In this document: piece by piece, positions 28,995 through 39,076 of the stretch
Layout: each line of letters begins with the position of its first letter
Numbering within the stretch: the first letter of the stretch is position 1
Assembly (NCBI GenBank): GCA_963828165.1
Contig: CAWHDR010000001.1
Coordinates: forward strand, 576,001-640,000
DNA from: an uncultured Chloroflexia bacterium
GTDB taxonomy: Bacteria; Chloroflexota; Limnocylindria; Limnocylindrales; CSP1-4
Direction of reading: 5' to 3'
DNA: 64,000 nt
The notes under the pieces: model-generated
Told to the model about the DNA's origin: nothing
The model's database searches: none
What the model saw: only the letters and a program-made list of their open reading frames with translations
Made by a program: the position numbers and the translations under genes

Positions 28995-30140
28995 ATGACC
29001 ACCCTGACCGCAGTTCTAGGATCCCTCGCCCTGTCGGCGATCGCCGTCATCGCGCTCGGCTGCGGGACCCCGGCCGGCAGCTCAACGAGCCCATCGGCGG
29101 GCATCCCGACGTCGCCATCACCGGTCGCGTCGGGGTCGGGTGCCGAGAGTCCCGCGACCAGCACCGATCCGAGCGTCGTACCCGAGCCCCAGGCGGGCGA
29201 CATCGAGGGCGTGCCTCCGAGTGAGGGCGTGCTGAACGCGGTCTCGGTCGGCGGCGACTTGGTCGTGGCCGGCGGCTTTGCCGGCGCGCTGTTCCAGTCG
29301 ACGATCCTCACATTCGACGGGAACGCGTGGACGGTCGCGACGACACCTGAGGCTCCCGGCCAGGTCACCGGGATCGCACGCCTCGGAGACCGCTGGATCG
29401 CGGTCGGCAACGGGCTCCCGGACATCCGCGATGGGTTCATTTGGGACTCGGCGGATGGCCGGATTTGGGACGTCGTGCAGACGATCGAGGACGCCGCCCT
29501 GTACGACGTCACCGTCGGTGAAGGGGTGGTCGTCGCCGCCGGGGCCCTCCTCGACGACGAGATGCACGCGACCGCGGCAGCGTGGTCCTCGACCGATGGG
29601 GCGACGTGGGAATCGGCCGACGTCGAAGCGGCGGATGGGACGTCGATCGCGCCGGTGACCGCGACGCCGGAAGGGTTCGCCGCGACCGGCGACCGCCCGT
29701 TGGGTCAGCCCCGACCGTTCTGGACTGCCACGGCGGCATCCTCCTGGAGCACCGTCGACAACGACCTTGACGACCAGCTGCTGCCGGTCGACCTGGTGCC
29801 CTGGAACGACGGTCTGGCGCTGGTCGGCGCGTCTGGCAAGTCGGGCGACCAGCACCCATTCGTGGCCATCTCCGACGATGGCCGCCACTGGGAACAGACG
29901 AACCTGTCGACCGAGGAGGGCTACGCGTCGGCAGTCGCCGACGCGAACGACCGGCTCGTCGTCGCAGGCATCGACGCCGATCAGTTGACCTTGTGGACGC
30001 TTGGCGACGACGCCTGGGACCCGCAGGCGCTCGAACCCGAAGGCGCCTCCATCACGGCGCTCATGTGGGATGCCGAGCGTGGGCTGATCGCCGTTGGGTC
30101 GCGCGGTGGGCAGCACGCAGTCTGGTCACTGGGCGAGTAG
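28995..30140 (+). CDS. Putative lipoprotein with BNR/Asp-box-like repeats
   Basis: ALGC lipobox; repeated SxDGxxW; GGGAG SD. Confidence 0.7.
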   Translation: MTTLTAVLGSLALSAIAVIALGCGTPAGSSTSPSAGIPTSPSPVASGSGAESPATSTDPSVVPEPQAGDIEGVPPSEGVLNAVSVGGDLVVAGGFAGALFQSTILTFDGNAWTVATTPEAPGQVTGIARLGDRWIAVGNGLPDIRDGFIWDSADGRIWDVVQTIEDAALYDVTVGEGVVVAAGALLDDEMHATAAAWSSTDGATWESADVEAADGTSIAPVTATPEGFAATGDRPLGQPRPFWTATAASSWSTVDNDLDDQLLPVDLVPWNDGLALVGASGKSGDQHPFVAISDDGRHWEQTNLSTEEGYASAVADANDRLVVAGIDADQLTLWTLGDDAWDPQALEPEGASITALMWDAERGLIAVGSRGGQHAVWSLGE

Positions 30141-30179
30141 CGCGCCGGACGGTGGCCCGCTATCTCGCGGGCCCCGCGA

Positions 30180-31046
30180 TCAGCTCTCCGTCTGGTCCGG
30201 CTTCGCGGGCTCCTGGACCTCGCCTGGCTGGATCGGCTTGGTGTCCTCGGCCGTGGCGTCGGCCTGGCTGCGGTGCTGAGCGGCGTAGGCGTTGATGATG
30301 TCGCACGCCTCGGCCGGGTCGTCGGTGAGCCGCAGCAGGTCGACGTCGGCGGCATTGATGGCCGCTTCTCCGAGCAGCGATGCGCGGATCCACTCGATCA
30401 TGCCCGTCCAGTACTCGGTGCCCATCAGGATCACCGGGAAGTCCTGCACCTTCTTCGTCTGGATCAGGGTGAGCGCCTCGAACAGCTCATCGAGCGTCCC
30501 GTAGCCTCCGGGAAAGATCACGAAGGCATCGGCGTATTTCACGAACATCACCTTGCGCGCGAAGAAGTAGCGGAACTCGACGCCGAGATCGACATACGGG
30601 TTGAGCCCCTGCTCCATCGGCAGCTCGATGTTGCAGCCGACCGACAGGCCACCACCCTCCTGGGCGCCACGGTTGGCTGCCGCCATGATCCCCGGTCCGC
30701 CGCCCGTGATGACCGCGTAGCCCTGCTGCGCCAGCATCGAGCCGAGCTCCCGGGCCATCTTGTAGTAGCGGTGGTTCTCCTTGGTCCGTGCCGAGCCGAA
30801 GACGCTCACCGCCGGCCCGACGGCCGCGAGTGCGTCGAACCCCTCGACGAACTCCGAGAGGATCCGGAGGGAGCGCCAGGGATCGGAGTCCAGGAACTCG
30901 GGGCGACCCGCGGGCCGCCGCAGGAGCGCCTCGTCCTCGGTTCGACCGGCGCGCCGGACGGCGGGCCCTGGGGCACCCGGGCGGACCGTGACGCGTCCGC
31001 TGCGACGCCGGCCCGAGCGCTTGTCGTCGTCGCCTCGTGCGGTCAT
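30180..31046 (-). CDS. LOG family (TIGR00730) nucleotide phosphoribohydrolase
   Basis: VFGSAR, TGGGPGIM, FFARKVMF, PGGYGTLDELFEAL. Confidence 0.92.
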   Translation of the reverse strand: MTARGDDDKRSGRRRSGRVTVRPGAPGPAVRRAGRTEDEALLRRPAGRPEFLDSDPWRSLRILSEFVEGFDALAAVGPAVSVFGSARTKENHRYYKMARELGSMLAQQGYAVITGGGPGIMAAANRGAQEGGGLSVGCNIELPMEQGLNPYVDLGVEFRYFFARKVMFVKYADAFVIFPGGYGTLDELFEALTLIQTKKVQDFPVILMGTEYWTGMIEWIRASLLGEAAINAADVDLLRLTDDPAEACDIINAYAAQHRSQADATAEDTKPIQPGEVQEPAKPDQTES

Positions 31047-31086
31047 GCCGGTAGGATGCCACCGTGGGCATGACGCGGAGGTGTCG

Positions 31087-31281
31087 ATGCGCGGCCGGCT
31101 GATCACGGCCGTGTCGCTCGTGGTGCTCGGGCTCATCTGGATCGGCCAGGGGCTCGGCCTGCTCCGCGGTTCGAGCTTCATGACCGACGAGCCGTTCTGG
31201 GCCGCCGTCGGCGCGGTCGTTGCCGTGGCTGGGCTGCTCCTCGCGCTCAGCGCGTGGCGACGCTCCCGGCCGGGCGCCTGA
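31087..31281 (+). CDS. Small 2-TM membrane protein
   Basis: GLIWIGQGLGLLRGSSFMT...W; GGAGG SD. Confidence 0.7.
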   Translation: MRGRLITAVSLVVLGLIWIGQGLGLLRGSSFMTDEPFWAAVGAVVAVAGLLLALSAWRRSRPGA

Positions 31282-31657
31282 GCCAGTCCGCCCACGTCGC
31301 TTCGGCCTTGCCTGCCGTGACCTCGTTCGCGTGGCGAACGAGCGGGAGGCGCAGCAGACCGGGGTCCGCCAGGAGGCGCTCCACGACCTCGGGATCGGTC
31401 ATGGCCAGGTAGCCCAGACCGGCGTCCCGGTACGCCTTCGACGTCTCGTCGAGCAGGGCGCGGGCTCCGAGCCGCTCGACGAACCGGCGCAGCTCGCCGG
31501 GCGCGATCGGCCGCTTCCGCAGGTCGGAGTAGCGAACCACGATCCGGCGCTCCCGGAAGAATCGCTGGGCCGCGCGCGTGGCCGGCGAATCGTCCATCCC
31601 GAACACCTGGATGTCGGGCATCTTCCGGGTCGGCGTCCGGCCGAGGGGTGCTGGCAT
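31247..31657 (-). CDS. ArsC/Spx-like family protein
   Basis: TRAAQRFFRERRI...DL...GEL...LLRLPLVR; lacks the N-terminal Cys. Confidence 0.75.
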   Translation of the reverse strand: MPAPLGRTPTRKMPDIQVFGMDDSPATRAAQRFFRERRIVVRYSDLRKRPIAPGELRRFVERLGARALLDETSKAYRDAGLGYLAMTDPEVVERLLADPGLLRLPLVRHANEVTAGKAEATWADWLRRPAGSVATR

Positions 31658-31715
31658 CGGGCCAGCGTAGCGCGGCGACCGGGTACCATCGACCGACAAG
31701 ACAGGAGGTACCCGC

Positions 31716-32003
31716 GTGGAGGTCTGGTTCACGGTCCAGCTCATGGATGCCCCGGGTTCGCTCGCCCGCGTCGCAACGGCCCTCGGGGAGCGTGGCGTGA
31801 ACATCACCGGGATCGTCGGGGTCGCGGAGGATACCGACGGCGCGCTCATGCTGACGACGTCCGACGCGGCGGCGACCCGCGAGGCCTTCGCCGAGCTGGG
31901 CCTGGCGTTCGAGGAGCACGACCCGACCGGCAGCATGGAACCCGAGACCATGACCGTCGGCGATCTCCGACCCGGAGCGGCCGGTCGCGGCTCGCTCTTC
32001 TGA
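31716..32003 (+). CDS. ACT domain protein
   Basis: DAPGSLARVATALGERGVNI; AGGAGG SD. Confidence 0.85.
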   Translation: MEVWFTVQLMDAPGSLARVATALGERGVNITGIVGVAEDTDGALMLTTSDAAATREAFAELGLAFEEHDPTGSMEPETMTVGDLRPGAAGRGSLF

Positions 32004-32020
32004 GCGGGGCTCCGCCGGGC

Positions 32021-32698
32021 ATGCCGCGAACAACGGCGGTCCAGACCGCCGCGATCCGGTTCGACACCATCGACGGGGTCGAGGCCATCTCCGCGATCGC
32101 GGCGACGACCGCCGCCATCGGCGGCCGCATCCGGACGCTGGCCACCGTCCGGCCGATCGAGGGGGATCCGCCGCTCGTCGAGATCGAGCTCGAAGTGGAG
32201 GGCGTCACCGAGGACGCCCTGGTCGCGGCGCTCGAGGCCATCGAGGAGGTCCGGACCGTCCATCGGACGCAGGCACTGGGTTCCGTGTTCGGGAAGCGGA
32301 TCATCGTCGTGGGCGGCGGCGCCCAGGTCGCGCAGGTGGCGCTGGGCGCGGTCAGCGAGGCCGATCGGCACAACCTCCGGGGCGAGCGCATCTCGGTCGA
32401 CACGATCCCGCTCGTCGGCGAGCCGGCCATCGCGGCCGCCGTTCGCGCCGTCGCCGACCTGCCGCGGGCGCGGCTGCTCGTCCTGGCCGGATCGATCATG
32501 GGCGGGGACATCAGCACGGCCGCCGACGAGCTGCGCGCCGTCGGCATCCCGATCATCGCGCTGAACATGGTCGGGTCCATCACCGAACACGTGGACCTGG
32601 TCGTCTCCGACCCGGTCCAGGCCGGCACGATGGCCGTGATGGCCGTCGCCGACACGGCCACGTTCGACCTGGAACGCCAGCGCGGCCGCAGGTACTGA
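32021..32698 (+). CDS. ACT-like + DUF5612-type protein
   Basis: FGKRIIVVGGGAQVAQVALGAVSEADRHNLRGERISVDTIPLVGE...DPVQAGTMAV. Confidence 0.8.
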   Translation: MPRTTAVQTAAIRFDTIDGVEAISAIAATTAAIGGRIRTLATVRPIEGDPPLVEIELEVEGVTEDALVAALEAIEEVRTVHRTQALGSVFGKRIIVVGGGAQVAQVALGAVSEADRHNLRGERISVDTIPLVGEPAIAAAVRAVADLPRARLLVLAGSIMGGDISTAADELRAVGIPIIALNMVGSITEHVDLVVSDPVQAGTMAVMAVADTATFDLERQRGRRY

Positions 32699-32713
32699 GC
32701 GGACGGGCGGCCG

Positions 32714-33613
32714 ATGCGCATCGCGACCTGGAACGTCAACTCCCTCAAGGCCCGTCAGGAGGCCGTGGAGAACTGGCTGGGACGCGCCGACCCGGACATC
32801 CTGCTGATGCAGGAGACCAAGCTGGGCGACGCGGACGCGCCCGTCATGGCATTCGGGATGGCCGGGTACCAGCTCGTGCATCACGGTGAGGGACGCTGGA
32901 ATGGGGTCGCGATCGCTGCGCGCAACGGGCTGTCGATCGACGACGTCGTGACCAACTTCGGCGACGGGCCGGTACGGGACTCAGGTCCAGGGGGTACGGC
33001 CGGCTCCGAAGACGACTTCGACCCGTTCGACGAGGCGCGGATGCTGGCCGCGACCGTCGAAGGGCTCCGGATCGTGACGGTCTACGCCCCCAACGGCCGC
33101 GTCGTGGGCTCACCGTTCTACGAGGGCAAGCTCAAGTGGTTCGAACGGCTCGGTCGCTTCCTGGAGAAGGAGCGGAAGGCGGGCCGCGGAGACCAGCTCC
33201 TCGTCGGCGGAGACTTCAACGTCGCCCCGACGGACAAGGACGTCTGGGACCCAGCTGCCGCCCATGGGGGCACGCACGTCAGCGAAGCCGAGCGGGCGGC
33301 CGTCCGCGCGCTGATCGACCGGGGGCTGACGGACACCTATCGCGCCCGTCACGACGAGTCCGGCCGCTTCACCTGGTGGGACTACCGCGCCGGCATGTTC
33401 CACAAGAACTTCGGGATGCGGATCGACCTGCTCCTGGCCGGGTCTGATGTCGCGGGACGGCTGGTGGACGCGGAGATCGATCGCCAGGCGCGCAAGGGCC
33501 CACCCGTGCCGTCCGATCACGCCCCGCTGACCATCGATCTCGACGAGCCCGGCAAGCCATTCGATCCCGATTGGGAGGGCGCGCTCTCGCGCATCGCGAA
33601 GCGGACGCGGTGA
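32714..33613 (+). CDS. xth: Exodeoxyribonuclease III
   Basis: TWNVNSL, QETK, GDFNVAP, FTWWDYR, RID, SDHAP. Confidence 0.95.
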   Translation: MRIATWNVNSLKARQEAVENWLGRADPDILLMQETKLGDADAPVMAFGMAGYQLVHHGEGRWNGVAIAARNGLSIDDVVTNFGDGPVRDSGPGGTAGSEDDFDPFDEARMLAATVEGLRIVTVYAPNGRVVGSPFYEGKLKWFERLGRFLEKERKAGRGDQLLVGGDFNVAPTDKDVWDPAAAHGGTHVSEAERAAVRALIDRGLTDTYRARHDESGRFTWWDYRAGMFHKNFGMRIDLLLAGSDVAGRLVDAEIDRQARKGPPVPSDHAPLTIDLDEPGKPFDPDWEGALSRIAKRTR

Positions 33614-33677
33614 CGTTGCGGAGGGCGGGACGACCAGCGCTGCGTCCCACGTGCCGAACGTAGGCTCCGGCCGTCCG

Positions 33678-34784
33678 ATGATGGCCCCCAGCGACGTCGC
33701 CGCGGCGGAGATCCGCCTCATCGACCTGGAGAAGCGCTTCGGCGACGTCCGGGCGGTCGATGGGGTATCTCTGGACGTCCGGCCGGGCGAGTTCTTCTCC
33801 CTCCTTGGGCCGTCCGGCTGTGGCAAGACCACGACCCTGCGGATGATCGGTGGGTTCGAGCTCCCGTCGTCCGGGCGGATCCTGCTCCGCGATCGCGACA
33901 TCACCCGGGACCCGCCCGACAAGCGGCCGGTCAACATGGTCTTCCAGCACTACGCCCTCTTCCCGCACCTCGATGTGGCATCGAACATCGCCTTCGGGCT
34001 GCAGCGCCGGAAGGTGGACAAGGCCGAGATCGGGCGGCGGGTCGGGGAGATCCTGGGGCTCGTTCGCCTCGAGGGCTACGACAAGCGCAAGCCGGACCAG
34101 CTGTCGGGCGGCCAGCAGCAACGCGTCGCGCTCGCCCGGGCCCTCGTGAATCGACCGACCGTGCTGCTGCTCGACGAGCCGCTCGGCGCGCTCGACCTCA
34201 AGCTCCGCCGCCAGCTCCAGCTCGAGCTCAAGCGCATCCAGTCCGAGGTCGGGATCACGTTCGTGTACGTCACCCACGACCAGGAAGAGGCCCTGACCAT
34301 GAGCGACCGCATCGCGGTCATGCACGCGGGGCGCGTCGAGCAGGTGGGCACGCCCGAGGAGCTGTACGAACGACCAGCGACGCGCTTCGTCGCCGACTTC
34401 ATCGGCTCGACCAACATCCTGCGCGGCGTGGTCGAAGCCGACGGCTCCGTCCGGTTGTCCTCGGGCGAGCTGACGCGCGCCGTCCATGACGCGCTGGGCC
34501 CGGGGTCGGAGGTCGAGATCAGCATCCGTCCCGAATCGATCGACCTCGTCGCACCCGGATCCCCGGGCGCCATCCGTGGTCAGGTGGAACAGGCCGCCTA
34601 CCTCGGCACGAACCTCAGCTACCAGGTCCGCACGGCGGGCGGCCTGATCCTGTCCGTACTGGTACCGAAGACCGGGCCCCGCCTCCCGGTCGGCAGCGAC
34701 GTGGCCGTCTCCTGGTCCCCGTCCGAGGCCCTGGTCCTCGGCGACCCGGTGGCGCCCACACCCAGCGAGGAGGAACGGTCATGA
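33678..34784 (+). CDS. Polyamine-type ABC transporter ATPase (PotA-like)
   Basis: GPSGCGKTT, LSGGQQQR, LLDEP, TOBE domain. Confidence 0.92.
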   Translation: MMAPSDVAAAEIRLIDLEKRFGDVRAVDGVSLDVRPGEFFSLLGPSGCGKTTTLRMIGGFELPSSGRILLRDRDITRDPPDKRPVNMVFQHYALFPHLDVASNIAFGLQRRKVDKAEIGRRVGEILGLVRLEGYDKRKPDQLSGGQQQRVALARALVNRPTVLLLDEPLGALDLKLRRQLQLELKRIQSEVGITFVYVTHDQEEALTMSDRIAVMHAGRVEQVGTPEELYERPATRFVADFIGSTNILRGVVEADGSVRLSSGELTRAVHDALGPGSEVEISIRPESIDLVAPGSPGAIRGQVEQAAYLGTNLSYQVRTAGGLILSVLVPKTGPRLPVGSDVAVSWSPSEALVLGDPVAPTPSEEERS

Positions 34785-36004
34785 CCGAGCGATACGACGG
34801 ATCGACGATCGATCTGGAGAAAGCCCTGGTCCGCTACATGGTCGAGCACCGCCTGTCGCGACGCGACCTGCTCGAGCGGATCGCGCGGGTCGGGGCGGCC
34901 GCGGCCCTGGCGCCGGTCATCGCCGCCTGTACGGGTGGCTCCGGGAGCCCCGCGCCGTCCGTCGCGACCGCGCCATCCAGCGGAGCGCCGCCCTCGACCG
35001 GCCCGTCGGCGACCCCGGCTCCGACGCCCGTCCCCGAGCCCGAGGCGGAGCTCTTCATCTACAACTGGACCGACTACATCGGCGAGACGACGATCCCGTC
35101 GTTCGAGGAGAAGTACAACGTCAAGGTCACGTACGACTTCTTCGCGAATACGGAAGAGGCGTACGCGAAGCTCGGTGAGGACGGTGGCGGCTACGACGTG
35201 TCGTTCCCGATCTCGGTCGACATCCCGGCGTTCGTGGCCAAGAACGCGCTGCTGCCACTGGACAAGTCGCTGATCCCGAACATCGTGAACCTGGGCCAGG
35301 AGTGGGCGGACCCGGGCTACGACAAGGGCAACACGCACTCGGTCCCGTACATGTGGTGGACGACCGGCGTCGGCTACGACTCGACGAAGGTCACCGACAG
35401 CCCGACGAGCAGCAAGGCGCTCTGGGATCCGCGCTACTCGAAGCACATCTCCATGCTCGATGACTACCAGGAAGCGTTCGCGATGGCCCTGATCCAGCTC
35501 GGCCACTCGGCCAACACGACCGACACGGCCCAGATGGACGAGGCGCTCGCCCTGCTCCAGCAGCAGAAGCCGCTCGTCCGCGTGTACAGCACCGACACGA
35601 TCGGGACGCTCAGCTCCGGCGACGTGTGGATCGGCCAGATCTGGGGAGCCGACACGTACGCGATCCAGGCCGAGAACGAGAACGTGCTCTTCTACCTGCC
35701 GGAGGAAGGCGCGGTCCGCGGTTCGGACACGCTCGCGATCTTCTCGGGCGCGAAGCATCCGATCGCCGCCCACCTGTTCATCAACCACATGCTCGACGCC
35801 GAGGTGAGTGCCGCCAACACGAACTACGTCTTCTACATGGGCCCCAATGCCGCGGCCAAGGAGTTCATCGACCCGGCCATCCTCGCGGACCCTGCGGTGA
35901 ATCCAGAGCAGGCGCTCGTCGACAAGCTCGAGGAGCTGCTGGATCTCGGCCAGGACGTCCGCGACGAGTACCTGTCGCGCTGGCAGACGCTGCGTGGCGG
36001 CTGA
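34781..36004 (+). CDS. Polyamine-type ABC substrate-binding protein (PotD-like, Tat lipoprotein)
   Basis: SRRDLL Tat motif, IAAC, IYNWTDYI, SVPYMWWTTG. Confidence 0.9.
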   Translation: MTERYDGSTIDLEKALVRYMVEHRLSRRDLLERIARVGAAAALAPVIAACTGGSGSPAPSVATAPSSGAPPSTGPSATPAPTPVPEPEAELFIYNWTDYIGETTIPSFEEKYNVKVTYDFFANTEEAYAKLGEDGGGYDVSFPISVDIPAFVAKNALLPLDKSLIPNIVNLGQEWADPGYDKGNTHSVPYMWWTTGVGYDSTKVTDSPTSSKALWDPRYSKHISMLDDYQEAFAMALIQLGHSANTTDTAQMDEALALLQQQKPLVRVYSTDTIGTLSSGDVWIGQIWGADTYAIQAENENVLFYLPEEGAVRGSDTLAIFSGAKHPIAAHLFINHMLDAEVSAANTNYVFYMGPNAAAKEFIDPAILADPAVNPEQALVDKLEELLDLGQDVRDEYLSRWQTLRGG

Positions 36005-36938
36005 ATCGGACGCTGTCGAACGCCCGGGGGTCCCGGGAGCGCCCGGGGCCGGGGCGGCGGCCGCCGCGCGCGCGGAGCCGGGCGCGTCCATCCGAAGCCG
36101 GCTCGTCGGCACGGTCCTGGTCGTGCCGGGGGTCGCCTGGCTGATCCTGTTCTTCGTCGTCCCGCTGCTGATGATCTTCGTCGTGAGCCTCGGCAGCCGC
36201 GACGCGCTGGATCGCGTGGTCCTGGATCAGCTGAGCCTGGACAACTACCGGCGGGCGTTCGATCCGTCCTTCCTGCCGACGTTCCTCAACTCGCTGCGGT
36301 ATGCGGCCGCGGTGACCATCCTGTCGCTCGCCATCGGCTACCCGATCGCGTACTGGATCAGCCGTTATGGCGGTCGCCACAAGGGGCTGCTGCTGGTCCT
36401 CGTGATGCTGCCGTTCTGGACGAGCTACCTCATCAGGACCTACGCCTGGATGATCATCCTGCGCGACAACGGGGTCGCCAACTCGGTCCTGCAGGCGGTC
36501 GGGCTGACGAGCGAACCGCTCATCCTGCTCAACACCGATTTCTCCGTGATCCTGGGGATGACGTACGGGTTCCTGCCCTTCGCGATCCTGCCGTTGTACG
36601 TCTCGATCGACCGGCTGGATCCGGCGCTCGTCGCCGCGGCCCGGGACCTGTACGCCACCGGTCGCGGGGCTTTCCTCAAGGTCACGTTGCCCTTGACGAT
36701 GCCCGGGATCATCGCCGCGACGATCCTGACGTTCATCCCGGCGATCGGCGACTTCGTGACCCCGGACCTTCTCGGTGGCGCCGAGACGACGACCATCGCC
36801 AAGGTCGTGCAGGAGCTGTTCCTCGAGGGGCGGGACTGGCCGTACGGCGCCGCGCTCGGCTTCCTGCTGATGGTCGTGACACTCGCGGGCACGCTGTTCG
36901 CCCTGCGTCCGTTGCGGGCAGAGGTCGTCGGCGCGTGA
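35994..36938 (+). CDS. ABC permease (PotB-like)
   Basis: LPFWTSYLIRTYAW, AARDL, PDLLGG. Confidence 0.9.
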   Translation: MAAESDAVERPGVPGAPGAGAAAAARAEPGASIRSRLVGTVLVVPGVAWLILFFVVPLLMIFVVSLGSRDALDRVVLDQLSLDNYRRAFDPSFLPTFLNSLRYAAAVTILSLAIGYPIAYWISRYGGRHKGLLLVLVMLPFWTSYLIRTYAWMIILRDNGVANSVLQAVGLTSEPLILLNTDFSVILGMTYGFLPFAILPLYVSIDRLDPALVAAARDLYATGRGAFLKVTLPLTMPGIIAATILTFIPAIGDFVTPDLLGGAETTTIAKVVQELFLEGRDWPYGAALGFLLMVVTLAGTLFALRPLRAEVVGA

Positions 36939-36948
36939 GGTCGACCGG

Positions 36949-37758
36949 ATGACTGGACGCAACCGCTGGTTGTCGGCCTATGCGTTGGCCGGCTACATCT
37001 TCCTGTTCCTGCCGATCGTCGTGCTGATCGTCTTCTCGTTCAACGACTCGCGACGGAATTTCCAGTGGCGAGGGTTCACCCTCGAGTGGTATCCGCGGCT
37101 GTTCGCCAACGACGAGCTGCTCGACGCGCTGTCCGTGACGCTGCGGGTCGCGACGGTCGCGGTCATCGTCTCGACCGTGCTCGGAACGCTGCTCGGGCTC
37201 GCCCTGGCGCGGAGCCGGTTCCGCGGCCGCGGGGCGACCGAGACGCTCCTGCTCGTCCCGATGATCACGCCCGAGATCGTGATGGGCCTGAGCCTGCTCG
37301 TCTTCTTCTACCAGCTGTTTGGTGTCCGGGGCTCGTTCGCCCAGCTGTCGCTGGCCCACATCACGTTCTGCATCAGCTACGTGGCCATCGTGGTCCGGGC
37401 GCGGGCGGCCGGGATGGACCCGCGTCTCGAGGAGGCCGCGCGCGACCTGGGCGCGTCGGCCCTCGGGGCGTTCCGCTACGTGACGCTGCCGATCATCCTG
37501 CCCGCGGTCGCGTCGGGAGCGCTCCTGGCGTTCGCGCTGTCCTTCGACGACTACGTGGTCAGCACGTTCAACGCGGGTGTGGGGTCGTCGACGTTGCCCC
37601 TGTACATCTACGGCAAGGTCAAGTTCGGCGTCACGCCCGAGATCAACGCCATCTCGACGATCATCGTGGCCGTGACGGCCGTGGCCGTGTTGGCCGCGTG
37701 GCGGCTCGGTCAGCGGCGGGCGAGCCGCGCGACGAGCACGGCCGACGCCACGGCCTGA
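36949..37758 (+). CDS. ABC permease (PotC-like)
   Basis: FSFN, EEAARDLGAS, LSFDD, TPEINA. Confidence 0.9.
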   Translation: MTGRNRWLSAYALAGYIFLFLPIVVLIVFSFNDSRRNFQWRGFTLEWYPRLFANDELLDALSVTLRVATVAVIVSTVLGTLLGLALARSRFRGRGATETLLLVPMITPEIVMGLSLLVFFYQLFGVRGSFAQLSLAHITFCISYVAIVVRARAAGMDPRLEEAARDLGASALGAFRYVTLPIILPAVASGALLAFALSFDDYVVSTFNAGVGSSTLPLYIYGKVKFGVTPEINAISTIIVAVTAVAVLAAWRLGQRRASRATSTADATA

Positions 37759-37777
37759 CGATCGCGTGCGCCCCTGA

Positions 37778-39076
37778 TCAGCGCTCGGCGGTCGCCTTCG
37801 ACCGACTCGATGCCCGCGAACCATTCGTCGACGCTGCCGTGGGCAACCGGACAGCCGGGACGTCACCGGCGGTCAGGTCACCGTCCTTCGGCGGCGGGAC
37901 GTCGTAGCGCAGGCGGACGGTCCGCTTGGAGTCGATGCCGTCATCCGCATACCGATCGACCAGCATGAGGTCGAAGGCGTGGACGCTCGGCTCCTGGTTC
38001 GAGAAGCGGCCGGCCGTCCAGCTCCGCGACTTCGTCCCGCGCTGCTGGAGCTCGCAGACGTGCCAGTCCTGCCGATTGGTCAGGTCCCAGAACGCGACGG
38101 CGTCCGACGGATCGAAGTCGGGGCGTGCGATCGTCGACGCCTCGAACAGCCACTGGCAGGTGATCCGCGTATGGTCCGCGCCGGACGGCTCGAGCCGGTG
38201 GACGAGCAGGTAGTCGGGGTGGATGGACAGGAACGTCGTCGGCCATAGGAGGTAGTAGTAGATCCGCCGCTCATCGAGCTCCGTGATGCCGGGGATGGAC
38301 GGACGGCCGCCGCGATGCCCGCCGTCGGCCGCCATGGTCTCGGCACCATCGACCAGTTCCATCCAACCGCCTTGCCAGGGCCCATCGGGCGCGTAGTCGC
38401 CACCGACGTCGTACGGCGTCAGGCGATTGAGCTGCGGGTGGATGCCGGGGCAGTGGTAGCACTCGCTGTAGTTCTCGCCGATGAACTTCCAGTTCGCGTC
38501 GACCTCGTAGACCTCCTCGTGGGCGACGCGAAGCAACGAGAAATCGAACCGGGCGAGGTGCGGGACGAGATCGCCGAGCCAGCCGATCAGCTCGGGCGGG
38601 TCCGTCGAGAGGCTGACGAAGACGAAGCCCTGCCAGATGGCCAGGGAGACGGACACGAGCCCATGGCCTTCGAACGAGAAATCCTCGAGATCTTCGGTGT
38701 GCTTGGCGCGGACGAGGCGCCCGTCGAGGTCGTAGATCCAGGCGTGGTACGGACACTGGAAGCGGACGGCCTTGCCGCACTGCTCCTCGACGACCGCGGT
38801 GCCGCGGTGCTGGCAGACGTTGTAGAACGCGCGAAGGATGTCATCGCGGCCCCGGACGACGATGAGCGGCTCGTCGTCGACGTTGGCGAGGAAGTACGTC
38901 CCGGGTTCGGCCGCGTCCTCCTCCCGGCCGACGATCATCCAGTCGCGCCGGAACCACTCACTCCGTTCGAACTCGTGGATGCCCGGGTCGTGGTAGGCCC
39001 GGCCGGGGAGCAAGGAGGCGGCCCGGTACGGCTTGCGGACCGCGCCGATCTCGTCGGGGGTCAGGAGCGACGTCAT
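37778..39076 (-). CDS. Rieske non-heme iron oxygenase alpha subunit (GbcA/CntA-like)
   Basis: NVCQHRG...CPYHAW; NWK..ENYSECYHC..IHP; QD..VCE. Confidence 0.9.
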   Translation of the reverse strand: MTSLLTPDEIGAVRKPYRAASLLPGRAYHDPGIHEFERSEWFRRDWMIVGREEDAAEPGTYFLANVDDEPLIVVRGRDDILRAFYNVCQHRGTAVVEEQCGKAVRFQCPYHAWIYDLDGRLVRAKHTEDLEDFSFEGHGLVSVSLAIWQGFVFVSLSTDPPELIGWLGDLVPHLARFDFSLLRVAHEEVYEVDANWKFIGENYSECYHCPGIHPQLNRLTPYDVGGDYAPDGPWQGGWMELVDGAETMAADGGHRGGRPSIPGITELDERRIYYYLLWPTTFLSIHPDYLLVHRLEPSGADHTRITCQWLFEASTIARPDFDPSDAVAFWDLTNRQDWHVCELQQRGTKSRSWTAGRFSNQEPSVHAFDLMLVDRYADDGIDSKRTVRLRYDVPPPKDGDLTAGDVPAVRLPTAASTNGSRASSRSKATAER

